Positions 1 through 11,123 of a DNA stretch of 64,000 nt are shown here, piece by piece (position 1 is the first letter of the stretch; every line of letters starts with the position of its first letter). Origin of the DNA: a virus (Duplodnaviria; Caudoviricetes); IMG/VR virus record IMGVR_UViG_3300032038_000010, positions 64,001-128,000 of that record. One strand, written 5' to 3'. A program made the position numbers and the translations under genes. The notes under the pieces are model-generated. The model saw only the letters and a list, made by a program, of their open reading frames with translations, ran no database searches and was not told where the DNA came from.

Positions 1-207
1 CTGTTGTCCTACTAAAGTATTTTTACATTCTGGAGAACACGCTGTTGAAGTTCCATTAATTAGAGATGTTCCTCGTACTGGTCTAATAGTACCGCACACA
101 TCACATTTACAAAGAAAATATTTTATTCTGTGTTCATTAGTATGGTCAAATTTTAAAACTTCCCAATGACCAAACTTCATTCCTGGTTTAATCTCACTTG
201 GAGTCAT
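1..207 (-). CDS. Intron-encoded putative homing endonuclease (Cys-rich FGxWxV...CxCDxCG unit); runs off the window
   Basis: ATG at 207 with AGGAG SD; MTPSEIKPGMKFGHWEVLKF...FLCKCDVCG; lies inside the intron that starts at 414. Confidence 0.65.
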   Translation of the reverse strand, partial: MTPSEIKPGMKFGHWEVLKFDHTNEHRIKYFLCKCDVCGTIRPVRGTSLINGTSTACSPECKNTLVGQQ

Positions 208-414
208 AATATTCTCAGTCTCCTTTTTCAAGTGCTAAATAATTAACTTATCTGCGGATTGTCCAATCTTTAAACTTTTTACTATACCTTAATGATTAGT
301 TAAGCCCTCATTCGTATCACTACAATGAGTTAGTATTTAAAGCTCTAAGGAGTTTCCCGCAATTCAAGGATTTTATAGACCCCTACTTATACAAAACTGT
401 ATCGGAGGATGCTA
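1..414 (-). mobile_element. Group I intron (partial) in the putative major tail gene
   Basis: Exon ends AGACCCU; IGS GGGGUCU can pair with it; P/Q-like GAATTGCGGGAAACTCC and GGACAATCCGCAG; ORF degenerates after WEGDKTL. Confidence 0.8.
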
Positions 415-623
415 AGGGTCTTGTCACCTTCCCACGCGATCAAACGTGAGTTGCCTCTACCACCCTGGGCATATACTGACGTCGCAGCCTGCTCAAGTGT
501 GGAGGTTGTAGCTGTATCGATATATAATACAGGCTGACCGATATGGAAGGTTTCAGTTCCAATCTTAGTCTCCTGCTTTGCACGGAAGACTAGGTTCGCA
601 CATTCGCGGATTCCGAACTTCAT
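415..623 (-). CDS. Putative major tail (tube) protein, exon 1
   Basis: AGGAGG SD; VYAQGGRGNSRLIAWEG motif; follows head-completion-type genes. Confidence 0.6.
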
Positions 624-640
624 ATATTTATCCTCCTAAA

Positions 641-1393
641 TTATGAATCATCTGACTAATTTAAATCAGACATCCAATTTTTAACTTCTTTTAAATCTTG
701 TGCTCCAGCCATTTTAGCTTGAATATAAATATCAGAAGCCTGTTTCAAGTTAAAACGCTCGAACTCATCAAATAATTGATAAACACTATAATTTGCAAGA
801 GAGTTCAAATCTTTATTCTCTCCTACTGCTAAAATTGAAATGTATCTGCTAATGATTGTTACCTTTTGCCCATTATTTTTTATTTCACGCAATTTCTGAT
901 GCCGCTTACGAAACTTTTCAGCTAGCTTCTAGGCGGCCGCATTTGCCGGATCATACTATTCTGTGGCAGATTGACCAAATATACGGTCAAGGCAGAACAT
1001 TTCTTTTATTAGTTGTTGAAATTCATTATAATTATTAGCATCTATCGAAAATACTTCTTTATCATGTATTAACGCAATAGCTTGTGGAAGTATTTGTATA
1101 GTATAGTCAGGAAATAATAGTGCAAGGACCATTTTCATACAATTAACATTTTGTTGTGATTGAGGGTTCTTGTCCCTAACTATCGTCATTAATATATCAA
1201 AATTTGAAGCGTTTTCTAAACCACTTTTGTCCTCGTCAATTAATCTATCTTTTGTAAAAGTTAGAACTTGACAACCTGTAAAAAAATACTCTTCTCCTAT
1301 ATATCCAATTTCCTTAACTGATGGTTGATGTAAAGTAACTCTCCCTTGCGGAAAAGGCACATCATTATGGGCAAGCAAACCTAACTCATTCAT
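641..1393 (-). CDS. Virion morphogenesis protein (TAG read through at 956, 929, 656)
   Basis: ORFs 956..1393 and 656..892 are in frame and joined only by TAG codons; ends TAA at 641. Confidence 0.75.
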
Positions 1394-2010
1394 TTATTTA
1401 ATTGTTCCTTATCCTCAGAAAAATGGACTCCTCTATAGGAAAGAGTATACATTGATATATCTTGATTTAAAACAGCTTCATTACATCCGAGTAGTTTATA
1501 TTCTCCTACTCCAGATAATTTGATATTTTGATTAGATTTATATAATTGTTTATTTTTATTTGAGATACTATTTAATATGCCATCTATATACCCACAAATT
1601 TGAAGCGGGCGTACCTTATAATCATCAAGACACCAAGCATCCATATAACAAATTATATCGAAGTTAATAGTGTAGTCCAAAAACTCTGGATTTGCAGATG
1701 GGGCAAAATTATCAAAAGAAAGAAGCATATATGCTTTAATAGCTTCATGCTCCCCTCTTTCAATCTTTGGATTTAATCTAATATATCCATCTTTAATCAT
1801 CTTACCAAGAGAATAATCATCAATTAATTCTTTATAATCTTCATTCTCTTCATCTAAGCAGTCTGGATTATGCACAAGCAATAGACGCTTTAATTTATCA
1901 CTATATGGTTTAGTTTCAATAAACAATAACTTCAAAATTTGTTCGGTGTCAGTGCTACAAGAGAGAAAAGATGAAAATAATGGCTTAACAGTAGTTAAAT
2001 CCTTTCTCAT
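1390..2010 (-). CDS. Putative tail-completion protein
   Basis: 206-aa ORF with SD in structural operon; function from position only. Confidence 0.5.
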   Translation of the reverse strand: MRKDLTTVKPLFSSFLSCSTDTEQILKLLFIETKPYSDKLKRLLLVHNPDCLDEENEDYKELIDDYSLGKMIKDGYIRLNPKIERGEHEAIKAYMLLSFDNFAPSANPEFLDYTINFDIICYMDAWCLDDYKVRPLQICGYIDGILNSISNKNKQLYKSNQNIKLSGVGEYKLLGCNEAVLNQDISMYTLSYRGVHFSEDKEQLNK

Positions 2011-2030
2011 AATTAGCTCCTTTTATCTCC

Positions 2031-3089
2031 TTAAACAGTAACAATAGAAACATGAATTGAATTGTCACCATTTATAATGTCAAAACCTTTACGATAAGTC
2101 TTTGTATAAATTACTTCAAGATTTAAATTATTTCCATCAATAGTATAAGAAACTAATTCATCAATAGGAACAGAACCACCTGACTTTAAAGTCCATGCGG
2201 CGGCCGGCGCTCCGACTACACTATAGGTCGCAGTGTCATACGGCGCGAGTGTATCTGGCCCTTCGAGACGAATCTCAGGGGCGGCCGCTTCTTCTTCATC
2301 CTTTTGCTTAATAACATCATCAGTATTAGTATAAGTTTCTTTTAATGCAACTCTAATAATACCAGTTTCTTTATTACTTGAACTAGCTCCATAATTATCA
2401 TTATATGCCTGGACTTCCCAAGGCTTACCATTAACATACACTCTATCAAATCTCTTGAAGAATTGAGTAGTAGTTGCGTCTTTTGTAATATAAAGGAGTT
2501 TAGTATAATTCATATTATTCCAAACTACACCCTTCTTTACATTCCAAAGAATTGATTTTTCATCTGGTCCTGTCGTCCATCCAAAATACTTATGTTCATT
2601 TCCATCGGCATCTACAATAGTAATCTCTTCATCTGCTTGCCGAATCTCTCCTCTAAAATAAGCAGTTTCTTCTGAATATTGCATATATACAATCCAATGT
2701 GTATCTGGAACCCACTCTTCTTTATTACCATGAATCCAAGTAAAAACAGTTCCATTATGAAAATCAGTTTCTAATAAATCTTGATTATCTTTTACTGGAT
2801 CAATACTTACACTATTCTCCTTGAATGGAATAGAAATAATTTTATCTTCATAATCAACTTTTAACTTATCATGATTAATTAAACACCTAAAATAACTGTT
2901 AGTCTGCGCATCTATAGGCTCAGCTGCGTTATACTTTTGAACGACCGCCGCTTGATAACTATAATATAATGGTTTCTTCATACTACGTAATTTATCTTCT
3001 CTCATACGAGTAAATTGATCGGACGAAACATCATCTCCATAGTAACCTATGCGCTTCTTCATTAAATCAAGACTATTCATTTTTAACAC
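2031..3089 (-). CDS. Putative head-closure/neck protein
   Basis: Long ORF in structural operon; function from position only. Confidence 0.5.
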   Translation of the reverse strand: MLKMNSLDLMKKRIGYYGDDVSSDQFTRMREDKLRSMKKPLYYSYQAAVVQKYNAAEPIDAQTNSYFRCLINHDKLKVDYEDKIISIPFKENSVSIDPVKDNQDLLETDFHNGTVFTWIHGNKEEWVPDTHWIVYMQYSEETAYFRGEIRQADEEITIVDADGNEHKYFGWTTGPDEKSILWNVKKGVVWNNMNYTKLLYITKDATTTQFFKRFDRVYVNGKPWEVQAYNDNYGASSSNKETGIIRVALKETYTNTDDVIKQKDEEEAAAPEIRLEGPDTLAPYDTATYSVVGAPAAAWTLKSGGSVPIDELVSYTIDGNNLNLEVIYTKTYRKGFDIINGDNSIHVSIVTV

Positions 3090-3393
3090 ATTCTTCCAAT
3101 GAGCTTAACAATGAAAGACACTCAAAGATTGTTCTCCGATAATTCATAAAATCTTCTTTTTCTGTCAAAGTAAACAATCCTTCAAGCTTGCTCAAAAGAG
3201 AAAAGAAAAGAGGTTGTTGTCCGACAAACAACCTCTGTATTCCAGACAATTCTTCCATTAATGTATTTAATGGCTTCGTCCAATCTGTGCCTTCTTCTCT
3301 CATAGGAAGTAATTTATATGTTTGATTAACAAGTCTTTTAAAACTATTTTCAATAGCAGAATCGTCTATATCTATATTATACTTAATAATCAT
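3073..3393 (-). CDS. Hypothetical protein in structural operon
   Basis: ATGA overlap with the read-through upstream gene; AAGGAG SD. Confidence 0.7.
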   Translation of the reverse strand: MIIKYNIDIDDSAIENSFKRLVNQTYKLLPMREEGTDWTKPLNTLMEELSGIQRLFVGQQPLFFSLLSKLEGLFTLTEKEDFMNYRRTIFECLSLLSSLEECVKNE

Positions 3394-3980
3394 TGGGGCG
3401 CATCTCCTTTCGTGGTTAGCATAACCGCAGGAGTCTACATAATCTTTCCAAATGTAGAATGATACACTCCATTAACATCTTTTATTCTGCGTTTATACAA
3501 TCTCTGTAAATGAAACCCTTCTCGTTCATAATCCTTTTTAAGCTGGAGTAGTTTCTGCATGTGGTTGGCCTGAGATGTAAATTTAAAGTCAGCTCCAGAA
3601 TACTTCATACGCACATTTTCAACAGAAGCAAGCTGTTGCCCAATCCAATTGACAATCATATATACAGCTAAAATGTTCTCTTCCTCTTCGGTAAGTTTAT
3701 GAGTAAAATAATACTCTATTTTAGGGGTATCCTCTTTCGGCTACTCTTCTTTAGTTGTATCATCTGCTGTTTTAGTTGTATCGTCTTCTGACTGTTTTTC
3801 TTCCTTGATATAATCTAAAGGGACACGAGGAAATTCAAATTTTTGAATTGCTACTCGCAATAGCTCAAACAACATTGCTTTAGTTTCATCCTCAGTCAAC
3901 TACATATACATATCGTCTGTAATCTGGTTTAAAAATAAATCATAAACTTGAGTAAAGGGCGTATAATCTTCATTCCCCAT
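3390..3980 (-). CDS. Putative head-tail adaptor (TAG at 3900, 3741, 3435)
   Basis: ATG 3980; continuous frame except three TAGs; TGA overlaps next ATG; ITDDMYM*LT and KYSGADFKFTSQANH. Confidence 0.75.
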
Positions 3981-3998
3981 ATTACACCCCTGTTCTTA

Positions 3999-4586
3999 TT
4001 AAGATTCTTTCTTTATAATCACGCGGCGGCCTTGCTTAGTAGCGTCTCCGACTCCAGCTTCACCCACCGTAACAGCGGCCGCACGTCTTTTAGGAGCTTC
4101 CGCCTTCTTCTCTTCGCCGTCAAATTTAGCATTATTAATCTTAATAGCAGAAGCCACATCAAATCCAATCTGATTATTAATAGCATCCATCTTGTTGGTA
4201 TCTGTCAAAGGAAGTGAAACTGCCATATCTTTAATCATATCAATTACACCCTGTGGGGCAAAATCAAGACAATCCTTGAACTGATCAAGACTACCTTCAG
4301 TCAAAAGATACTTAACTTCAGCTTCACCATAAAAATATTCTGGCATAGTTTCTTTTGTAATATCTGGAAGTAATGCTTTAATCGCTTCTTCATCCTTAAG
4401 AACAAGACAGTTACGCAATTCATACTCGCCGCCACGCTCAAAAGAAAGCTTTTCAAGTTCTTCAAATGTTACTTCCTTTGTTTCTCTCGGTTGGAATTGT
4501 CTCTTAACACCAAGATCAGCAATTTCATAGCCAACGCTTCCACTAGAACGATTAATTACCTTAATAAGTTTATTTTTATCAATCAT
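3999..4586 (-). CDS. Hypothetical protein downstream of capsid gene
   Basis: 195 aa; AAGGAG SD. Confidence 0.75.
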   Translation of the reverse strand: MIDKNKLIKVINRSSGSVGYEIADLGVKRQFQPRETKEVTFEELEKLSFERGGEYELRNCLVLKDEEAIKALLPDITKETMPEYFYGEAEVKYLLTEGSLDQFKDCLDFAPQGVIDMIKDMAVSLPLTDTNKMDAINNQIGFDVASAIKINNAKFDGEEKKAEAPKRRAAAVTVGEAGVGDATKQGRRVIIKKES

Positions 4587-4627
4587 TTGTAGTTATCTCC
4601 TTTTATCTCCAATATATAACAAAAATA

Positions 4628-4655
4628 AGGGGAAGATATTATATACCTTCCCCTA
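4628..4655 (-). terminator. Intrinsic terminator after major capsid gene
   Basis: AGGGGAAG...CTTCCCCT stem flanked by A/T tracts; fits the read-through end of MCP at 4673. Confidence 0.7.
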
Positions 4656-4672
4656 TAAAATTATATCTTAAA

Positions 4673-5707
4673 TCACTTGTTCTCAACAGTGAGAGCAGAG
4701 TTCTGATATACGCAGATACCAGGATTAACAAGATATACTGCAACACCAAGCTTCTGATAAGTCTGGATTTCTCTAGACCAATCTTCCTGACTCTCAACTT
4801 CACGAACCTGTGCCTAACCTTCAAAAGCAACCTTAACAGGTTTCTCTGAACCCGTAGGGATAATATAAGCATAAGAAGGATCGATTACTTTCTTTGCATT
4901 TGTTTCATCTTCAAAGGACTGAGGAAGTACAACTACACCATGTCCCTTGTAAGTTGTAAAGTAACCATTGTCCCAAATCTGCTGCTTCATATTATCAGAA
5001 GCCCAAGTTGCATCAGGCTTCATCTGGGCTGCAAATTCAAAAGTACAATAAATAGTAGACTTGCCATAAGCATCTGCGGTCTGAAGAAGTCTATCCATCT
5101 CCTTCTCGTCGAAAGAAGTCTGAAGTGTCTTGTTTACAGTCTTAATGTCAGCAACCATAGATACAAGACCTTTGGCAATTTCACGATAAACTGCTTCATC
5201 AAGACCTTCAAGAACAATGTCATAAACATCGCTCATCTGGATACGTCCATCAAGGAACTCTTCAAAACCAATCTGGGCAGCTCCGCCGTATGCAGCTGTA
5301 GGAACTTCGAATGAATATCCATCAAGCTTGAATACTTCGTAACGGCCAGCAAGACCTACTCTTGTAACGAACTGCTTAGCTCTCTTGCGGGATGCTTCGC
5401 TAATCTTTACATTAAATACAGGCTTATCACCCTGTGCATAAGTCTTAACATCTGCAAACTGACCATATTCCTGAAGAACCTTCTGAGGAAGAACCTCATT
5501 GATACCAGTTTCAATCAGTTCGAAAACAAGATTTTTATTCTCACGATACTTAGAATAAGTACCTGCAAGTTCATTCATTTCCTTACGGAATGTTTCATTT
5601 AAGGCTTCGAAAGTAAGATTCTTTCCTTCAAAAGCGAAAGTGCTAGAAGGATTCATAGAAGCCTTTGCAGTAGCCTTAGCTAATGCAATAAGATTCGCTC
5701 TATCCAT
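4673..5707 (-). CDS. Major capsid protein, 344 aa (TAG at 4814)
   Basis: Follows portal, protease/scaffold and decoration-type genes; highly expressed codon style; frame continues AFEG*AQVREVE...DWSREIQTYQKLGV to TGA 4673. Confidence 0.8.
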
Positions 5708-5724
5708 TATTTCAATCCTCCTAA

Positions 5725-6240
5725 TTATACTCTCATTAGCTTAACGCCAGGCTGACCATCGGGCATTGTGTACACCTTAACAACCTGGAACTGCGGTCCA
5801 TCTGCCTGACCCTTTGCAAGATAACCTGTTGCAGGATCAACACCAACCATATCACCAACTTCAAGTGCAATACCATCAACTTTAGCAGAATCAGATGTAT
5901 TAGCACCAAATGTATTTGTAGTAAAAGTATCACCAGGCTCAGTTCTTAAGAGTCTTGGATAAATCTTTCCATCTGTAAAATCCTCAGCCTTAAGAGCAAA
6001 ATCCTTGTGATGTTGCTTACGCTCATCATAAAGTTTCTCTTCACTATAAACAAGCATCCAATCTCCCTTACCAGTGAGATCCATCTTGCCTGCTGCCATG
6101 TCATACTTTAAGAACATACCTTGCTCAACGATTTTGATGTTTTCATCAACAGGAAGCTGAGCATATACATGACCATTTTTCTGAGCTGAGAGATGATTAG
6201 GCTCTACCTGGCCGAATCCTGTACGACTAATCTGTGCCAT
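5725..6240 (-). CDS. Putative capsid decoration/head protein
   Basis: 171 aa between scaffold and MCP. Confidence 0.55.
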   Translation of the reverse strand: MAQISRTGFGQVEPNHLSAQKNGHVYAQLPVDENIKIVEQGMFLKYDMAAGKMDLTGKGDWMLVYSEEKLYDERKQHHKDFALKAEDFTDGKIYPRLLRTEPGDTFTTNTFGANTSDSAKVDGIALEVGDMVGVDPATGYLAKGQADGPQFQVVKVYTMPDGQPGVKLMRV

Positions 6241-6258
6241 AATTTATTCTCTCCTTAA

Positions 6259-7689
6259 TTAAATATTGTTCTGAATCTCTTCAACTGCTTTAATCCAGTC
6301 TGGAGTTGAATCAGAATCTGCATTTTCTAAATTAAAAGTTACAGAAGGATTTTCTTCTGTCTTATGATTATCATTTTCAGAAGTAGATGTTGAATCAAAA
6401 TTGACCTTTTTTCTATAGCAAATTACTGCTAATTTAGATTCAATTTCATCAAGAGAATACTTTCTCTTATTTTCAATTACATCTTTCTTATCTTCATCAG
6501 AAAGCATATAGAATTTAGCAATAAGTTCATCTTTCTTCTGATCATCAACAGAGTTCTTAAACTCTACAAGAGTTTCGTTCTCTGCTTTAAGAGCAGCAAA
6601 CTTATTAGTTAATTCTGATACTTGAGCTGCAAGTTTAGCATATTCTTCATCTGTATGTAAAGAGTTTTTAGATGCAGGCTTCTTCTCATCTTCCTTCTCT
6701 TCTTCAGAATTAGAATCGCTGTTATCATCATCAGAATTATCATCTGTGTTATCATCCTTCTTGTCATCTTCCTTATTAGCAAACTCTTCATTTGCCTCAG
6801 AAGCAACAGTAGATTCTACAGATGCTCCTTCTGTATCTTCTTGATTTTCTGTCATATTCGTTTGAACATTACTGTCCTGTGTTGCAGAAAAATTTTCATT
6901 ATCTGTAGTCTGTGCGGCCGCCCCTTCAGTAGGAGCACCAGTAGTAACATCTACAGTTGTATTAGTTTCAGTATTCACTGTATTTCCTCCTTGTAACGCA
7001 AACTCTAATTGTTTAACCATTGAATATAGAGTTTTCGTAAAATTATCATTTATGGAAAAAGTATTACTTACTTCTGGTGCAGTTACGCTTGATCCCTCGA
7101 AGCAAGGCTCTACATCATCACCTAAAATACATAACTTTGAAACTATTGCGTCATTTATAATAAAAAATTCCATACCAGATTTACTATCTTCTGCCCAATA
7201 TCCATCTAAAGAACTATTATCAAGTTCCATGGACTGCGGTTTCCCATCATCATCAAAAACCTTTTGAGCTTCAGGATACTGGCCTGTCCATAAATAACCA
7301 GTAGTCATCAAATAAGTTCTAGTGACTTGATTTCCAAAATCATCAGTCTCATTAAAATCTTTGAACCAAACTTCCGCATCAGTAGGCACAAATCCATATG
7401 GCTTAGTATCAGAACCAAGATGTAAACCTTCATCATCTAATGTTACTCTGTCGCCATGTCCCATGAAATCCTCTTTATTATCATTGTAATATCCAACAAT
7501 AGGATTTCCACGAAGTGTTAATGCCATCTTTTCTGCGGCGTCCTTATTAATAAAACTGCCGTTACGATTTTTTCCTAAATAGAAAACTTTAATCTCACAT
7601 TTAGAAATAAATGGAGAAACATCCAAAGGAGTTAAGTTTACAAATTGGACATTATCCATCGTAGCGACAGATGCGTGTGGTAAACTCAT
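6259..7689 (-). CDS. Prohead protease-scaffold fusion
   Basis: QSMEL and LCILGDDVEPCFEGS protease-type motifs, acidic linker, C-terminal coiled coil. Confidence 0.7.
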   Translation of the reverse strand: MSLPHASVATMDNVQFVNLTPLDVSPFISKCEIKVFYLGKNRNGSFINKDAAEKMALTLRGNPIVGYYNDNKEDFMGHGDRVTLDDEGLHLGSDTKPYGFVPTDAEVWFKDFNETDDFGNQVTRTYLMTTGYLWTGQYPEAQKVFDDDGKPQSMELDNSSLDGYWAEDSKSGMEFFIINDAIVSKLCILGDDVEPCFEGSSVTAPEVSNTFSINDNFTKTLYSMVKQLEFALQGGNTVNTETNTTVDVTTGAPTEGAAAQTTDNENFSATQDSNVQTNMTENQEDTEGASVESTVASEANEEFANKEDDKKDDNTDDNSDDDNSDSNSEEEKEDEKKPASKNSLHTDEEYAKLAAQVSELTNKFAALKAENETLVEFKNSVDDQKKDELIAKFYMLSDEDKKDVIENKRKYSLDEIESKLAVICYRKKVNFDSTSTSENDNHKTEENPSVTFNLENADSDSTPDWIKAVEEIQNNI

Positions 7690-7700
7690 CTGAATCTCCT

Positions 7701-9323
7701 TTACATTGACTAGCGGTTGGCTAGGGTTTTGTCTGACTTCTCGTTATCCTCTTTCTCTGGGCGACCTACATTACCATCAGACCCAGATTGGTTAGACGAT
7801 GAACCGCCGCCCGCAATCTTTGAAATAGTATCACCATTCATAACATTACTTGTAAGAGGTGGAATAAATACTGTAACTAAATTCAATATATTATTTTCCC
7901 AATAAGCATTAGCTAATATAGAACTTTGGCTTTGTCCAAGAGCAATCTGAGGAAGCATTTTAGAATAACCCATCTGTGCCTGCTCTTTATATAACTTGGC
8001 CATCTCTTTATAGTTATAAATAGTGGTTTTTAATATCTGCGCTTTGAAATAATATTTCTTTGGTGATTTATTATAAGGCTCAATAATTAAGTTAAGAAAA
8101 TCTTCAAACTGTAAAAGCAAATTATAAACAGAAGCTTCATCATTTAAAATTGAATTTTGTAATGCAGTATTACCATCGCTATTAAATTGCAGCTGCGATA
8201 CACCTGCTTCATTATATACGCTTCTTTCTACTCTTGTTAAATCATCAGTTTGAGTAGTATTGCTTTTGTCTGACATATCAGCTACATCTACATCAGCAAA
8301 AGTAGTTAATACATCAAGACCAATAGCTCGACTAAGCATTTTAACTGCATTATTATGCAGCTCTTGTGCTTCGTCTACATCAAAAATCAAGTCACCATTT
8401 TTATCCAATGGCATCTTTTGAATAATGATTTTTAATAACTTTTGAGCCATGCGCTTTCTATCCAAATCCTGCGCTTCATCCAAATCAATAATAGCAGGAA
8501 TGACAGATATAAAAGGCGGAAAGTTTTCACCATTTAAACTGAATTTAATAGTTTTAGTTGGATCAAGTAAATACCAACCAGAAGTATCTCCTTTAAATTC
8601 AGCAACTAATTTACCTTGTTTGTACGCCTTATATCCCTTATTGAAATCTTCAGGGAATAATTTTAATATTCTTGTCCTTAAAGTCGCATCTGAATATTGG
8701 TCATCAAAGAACTTCATATTAAACTCTACAGCAGGGCGTCCAGCAACATTATAGCGACTTCTACAATATCCAATAGGTAATTCTTGAACAGATAATTTAT
8801 CATTATCAAGGATATATCCATAATAACATCCATTACGAATTACTTTAAGCGCGACTTCCCCAAAAAATTTCTTAGGCCCAAAATCATCTGTATATTTAAG
8901 GCAAGAGAAAAGGCTGTTAACAATCTTATCTCTCTGCGCTTTTGGCAGCTCTTTGCTATCTTGTAAAATACCAAGTCCGCCATTAATATACGGAGTAATT
9001 AACCAATCATAATTATAAAGATAAGCCATATATCTACAAAGTCTTGAATAAATACCGCTCGTTTTATAAAAGAAATTAGATATTTCTCTCATAGCTTTAA
9101 GATCACCATGGCTTATTGCTTTTAGAACGTATGTTTTATCTCCATATTTTGGATTGACACGCTTTAATTCACCTACATTTACTGTAGCATCGTCTAATGT
9201 TTTAATTCCCACTCTAATTTTAGAAAAATCAGTTGGGACACCAGCGTAATTAGTTGGTATATTATTATCTGCAAGGCGCATATTAAAACCTTTTTTCTTA
9301 ATCTCTTCAATACGATTAATCAA
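7701..9323 (-). CDS. Portal protein (TAG at 7710)
   Basis: About 540 aa preceding protease; C-terminus GRPEKEDNEKSDKTLANR*SM then TAA. Confidence 0.75.
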
Positions 9324-9404
9324 AATAACACCTCACATATCTATTATATAATATAGTATAACATAAATTTTGTTGAAGGTCAACTAGAAGTAATTACAAG
9401 AGCA

Positions 9405-9761
9405 TTAATAACCTGCTCTTTTTAATATATAACTTAAATCTATTCTTCCCTCATCAGTATACGGAATTGCAATTAGAGTATATCCATGAGCTTTACAGTA
9501 TTCGCGTTTTTTCATATCATTATATTGCTGTTTACGTAATCCATCCCAACCACCAAATTTTGACTTTGGCTCATAATGTTGTATACCTTGATATTCAATT
9601 AAAAAATCAATGTCTCCGTCATCATCAAACACACAAAAATCAAAACGTAGCGGATGCCCAGTAGCAGATACTAAGTCAGGGAAGATATACTCTTCTTGAA
9701 AATCCAATCCCGCATCTTGTAGAATTTCAAAAATTTTAATTTCTCCTCGACTAGCTTTCAT
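9405..9761 (-). CDS. Small PD-(D/E)XK endonuclease-like protein
   Basis: LRFDF...IEYQGIQHY...DMKKREYC motif. Confidence 0.7.
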   Translation of the reverse strand: MKASRGEIKIFEILQDAGLDFQEEYIFPDLVSATGHPLRFDFCVFDDDGDIDFLIEYQGIQHYEPKSKFGGWDGLRKQQYNDMKKREYCKAHGYTLIAIPYTDEGRIDLSYILKRAGY

Positions 9762-9886
9762 TGTAATTCCTCCTTACTGATAATATATCAAAATAATATT
9801 GTTTTCATTATCCTCTTTTGTCCCTTGAATTTTTTAAAAAAATATAATATAATTTATATAGGAAAATAAGAAAGAGGTGCTTAGAA

Positions 9887-10672
9887 ATGAAACGCTATGT
9901 ATTTTCAGATATACATGGTTCAAAAGACTTATGGAACCAAATAAAATCTTATGTAAATAAGGACGATTGGCTTTATTGTCTTGGAGATGTGATTGATCGC
10001 GGTCCCGCTGGAGTTGAAATTTTTCTAGATCTATACAAGAGACCAAATACAATCATACTGCGCGGTAACCACGAAGATATGGCGGCCGCAGCTGTCCCGC
10101 CACTTTTAGCTGGCACTGCGCAGATGGATGGTAAGTGGCTTAATGAACATACTAAGCATGGCGAAATAGAAAATACTTATGTATTAGATTGGTATAATAA
10201 TGGCGGTATTCTGACTTGGAGAGCTTTACAAAAATATTCAAAAGAAGAAATCCAAAAAATAAGAGATATATGGGCAACACTCCCAACTAGTTTTATAGTT
10301 TATGATGACCAGAATCATTGGTATTACTATCTAGATCATTGTGGCTTCACACCGAGCTCCCGCGCATATAGATTACCATATTGGGATCGTTTACACTTTG
10401 ATGATGAATGGGATGATTGGGCAGATGGAAAAAATGTAAGAATAATTCATGGTCACACTCCAGTGCAATCTTTTGAGTCTACCTTTTGCCCCAACGGATT
10501 TGTAAGATATACAACACTTCATCCAGAAGATGAGCGAATGATAAATTATATTCCGCAAATAGCTGTCTACTGCGGAGGTCATAAAGTTGATATTGATTTA
10601 GCTGCTATTGATAGCGGTCGCACAATGCTCTTAGATTTAGATAAATTTGAACCTATATATTTTACGACTTGA
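9887..10672 (+). CDS. Metallophosphoesterase (phage Ser/Thr phosphatase-like)
   Basis: SDIHG, GDVIDRG, RGNHE, HGHT motifs. Confidence 0.85.
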   Translation: MKRYVFSDIHGSKDLWNQIKSYVNKDDWLYCLGDVIDRGPAGVEIFLDLYKRPNTIILRGNHEDMAAAAVPPLLAGTAQMDGKWLNEHTKHGEIENTYVLDWYNNGGILTWRALQKYSKEEIQKIRDIWATLPTSFIVYDDQNHWYYYLDHCGFTPSSRAYRLPYWDRLHFDDEWDDWADGKNVRIIHGHTPVQSFESTFCPNGFVRYTTLHPEDERMINYIPQIAVYCGGHKVDIDLAAIDSGRTMLLDLDKFEPIYFTT

Positions 10673-10829
10673 CAAAGTAAAATTTTTTAGATATAATATA
10701 TATGAAAAGAAAAACAAAAAGCCACAAATATTTAATAGAACGTGTGAGAGAGACGCTTCGCGTCTCTCTCACTTTACTTTTTTATTATTTTTTGATATAA
10801 TATTTTTATAAAGAAAGAGGTGATATGTT

Positions 10830-11123
10830 ATGAATAATTTTACTATTAGCAAATTTTATTGTACGAAATGTGGACATGAGGGTATTTCAATTCCAAGAAA
10901 AAATCAAAAGGTTAGAGAACCTGGACATTTAAAGAAACTTTTTTGTATTTATTGTAATAAAGAAGTAAATCATGCGGAGTGCCGCGGATTTGGTAAATAC
11001 AATTATGAAGATTTCTTAATTGAATTTAAAGGTGGAAATTTTGATGAAGAAGGCAATAGGAAAATGCCTTGGAAACAATTCGTAGCGAACTATTATAAAC
11101 AAGAAGGTGATTTAAATGGGTAA
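10830..11123 (+). CDS. Small Zn-ribbon protein
   Basis: CxxC...GHLKKLFCxxC. Confidence 0.6.
   Translation: MNNFTISKFYCTKCGHEGISIPRKNQKVREPGHLKKLFCIYCNKEVNHAECRGFGKYNYEDFLIEFKGGNFDEEGNRKMPWKQFVANYYKQEGDLNG

Noticed and set aside
3741-3800. Short repeat GATACAACTAAA x2 in the adaptor gene
   Set aside because: Low-complexity acidic loop (DDTTK twice), not an independent element.
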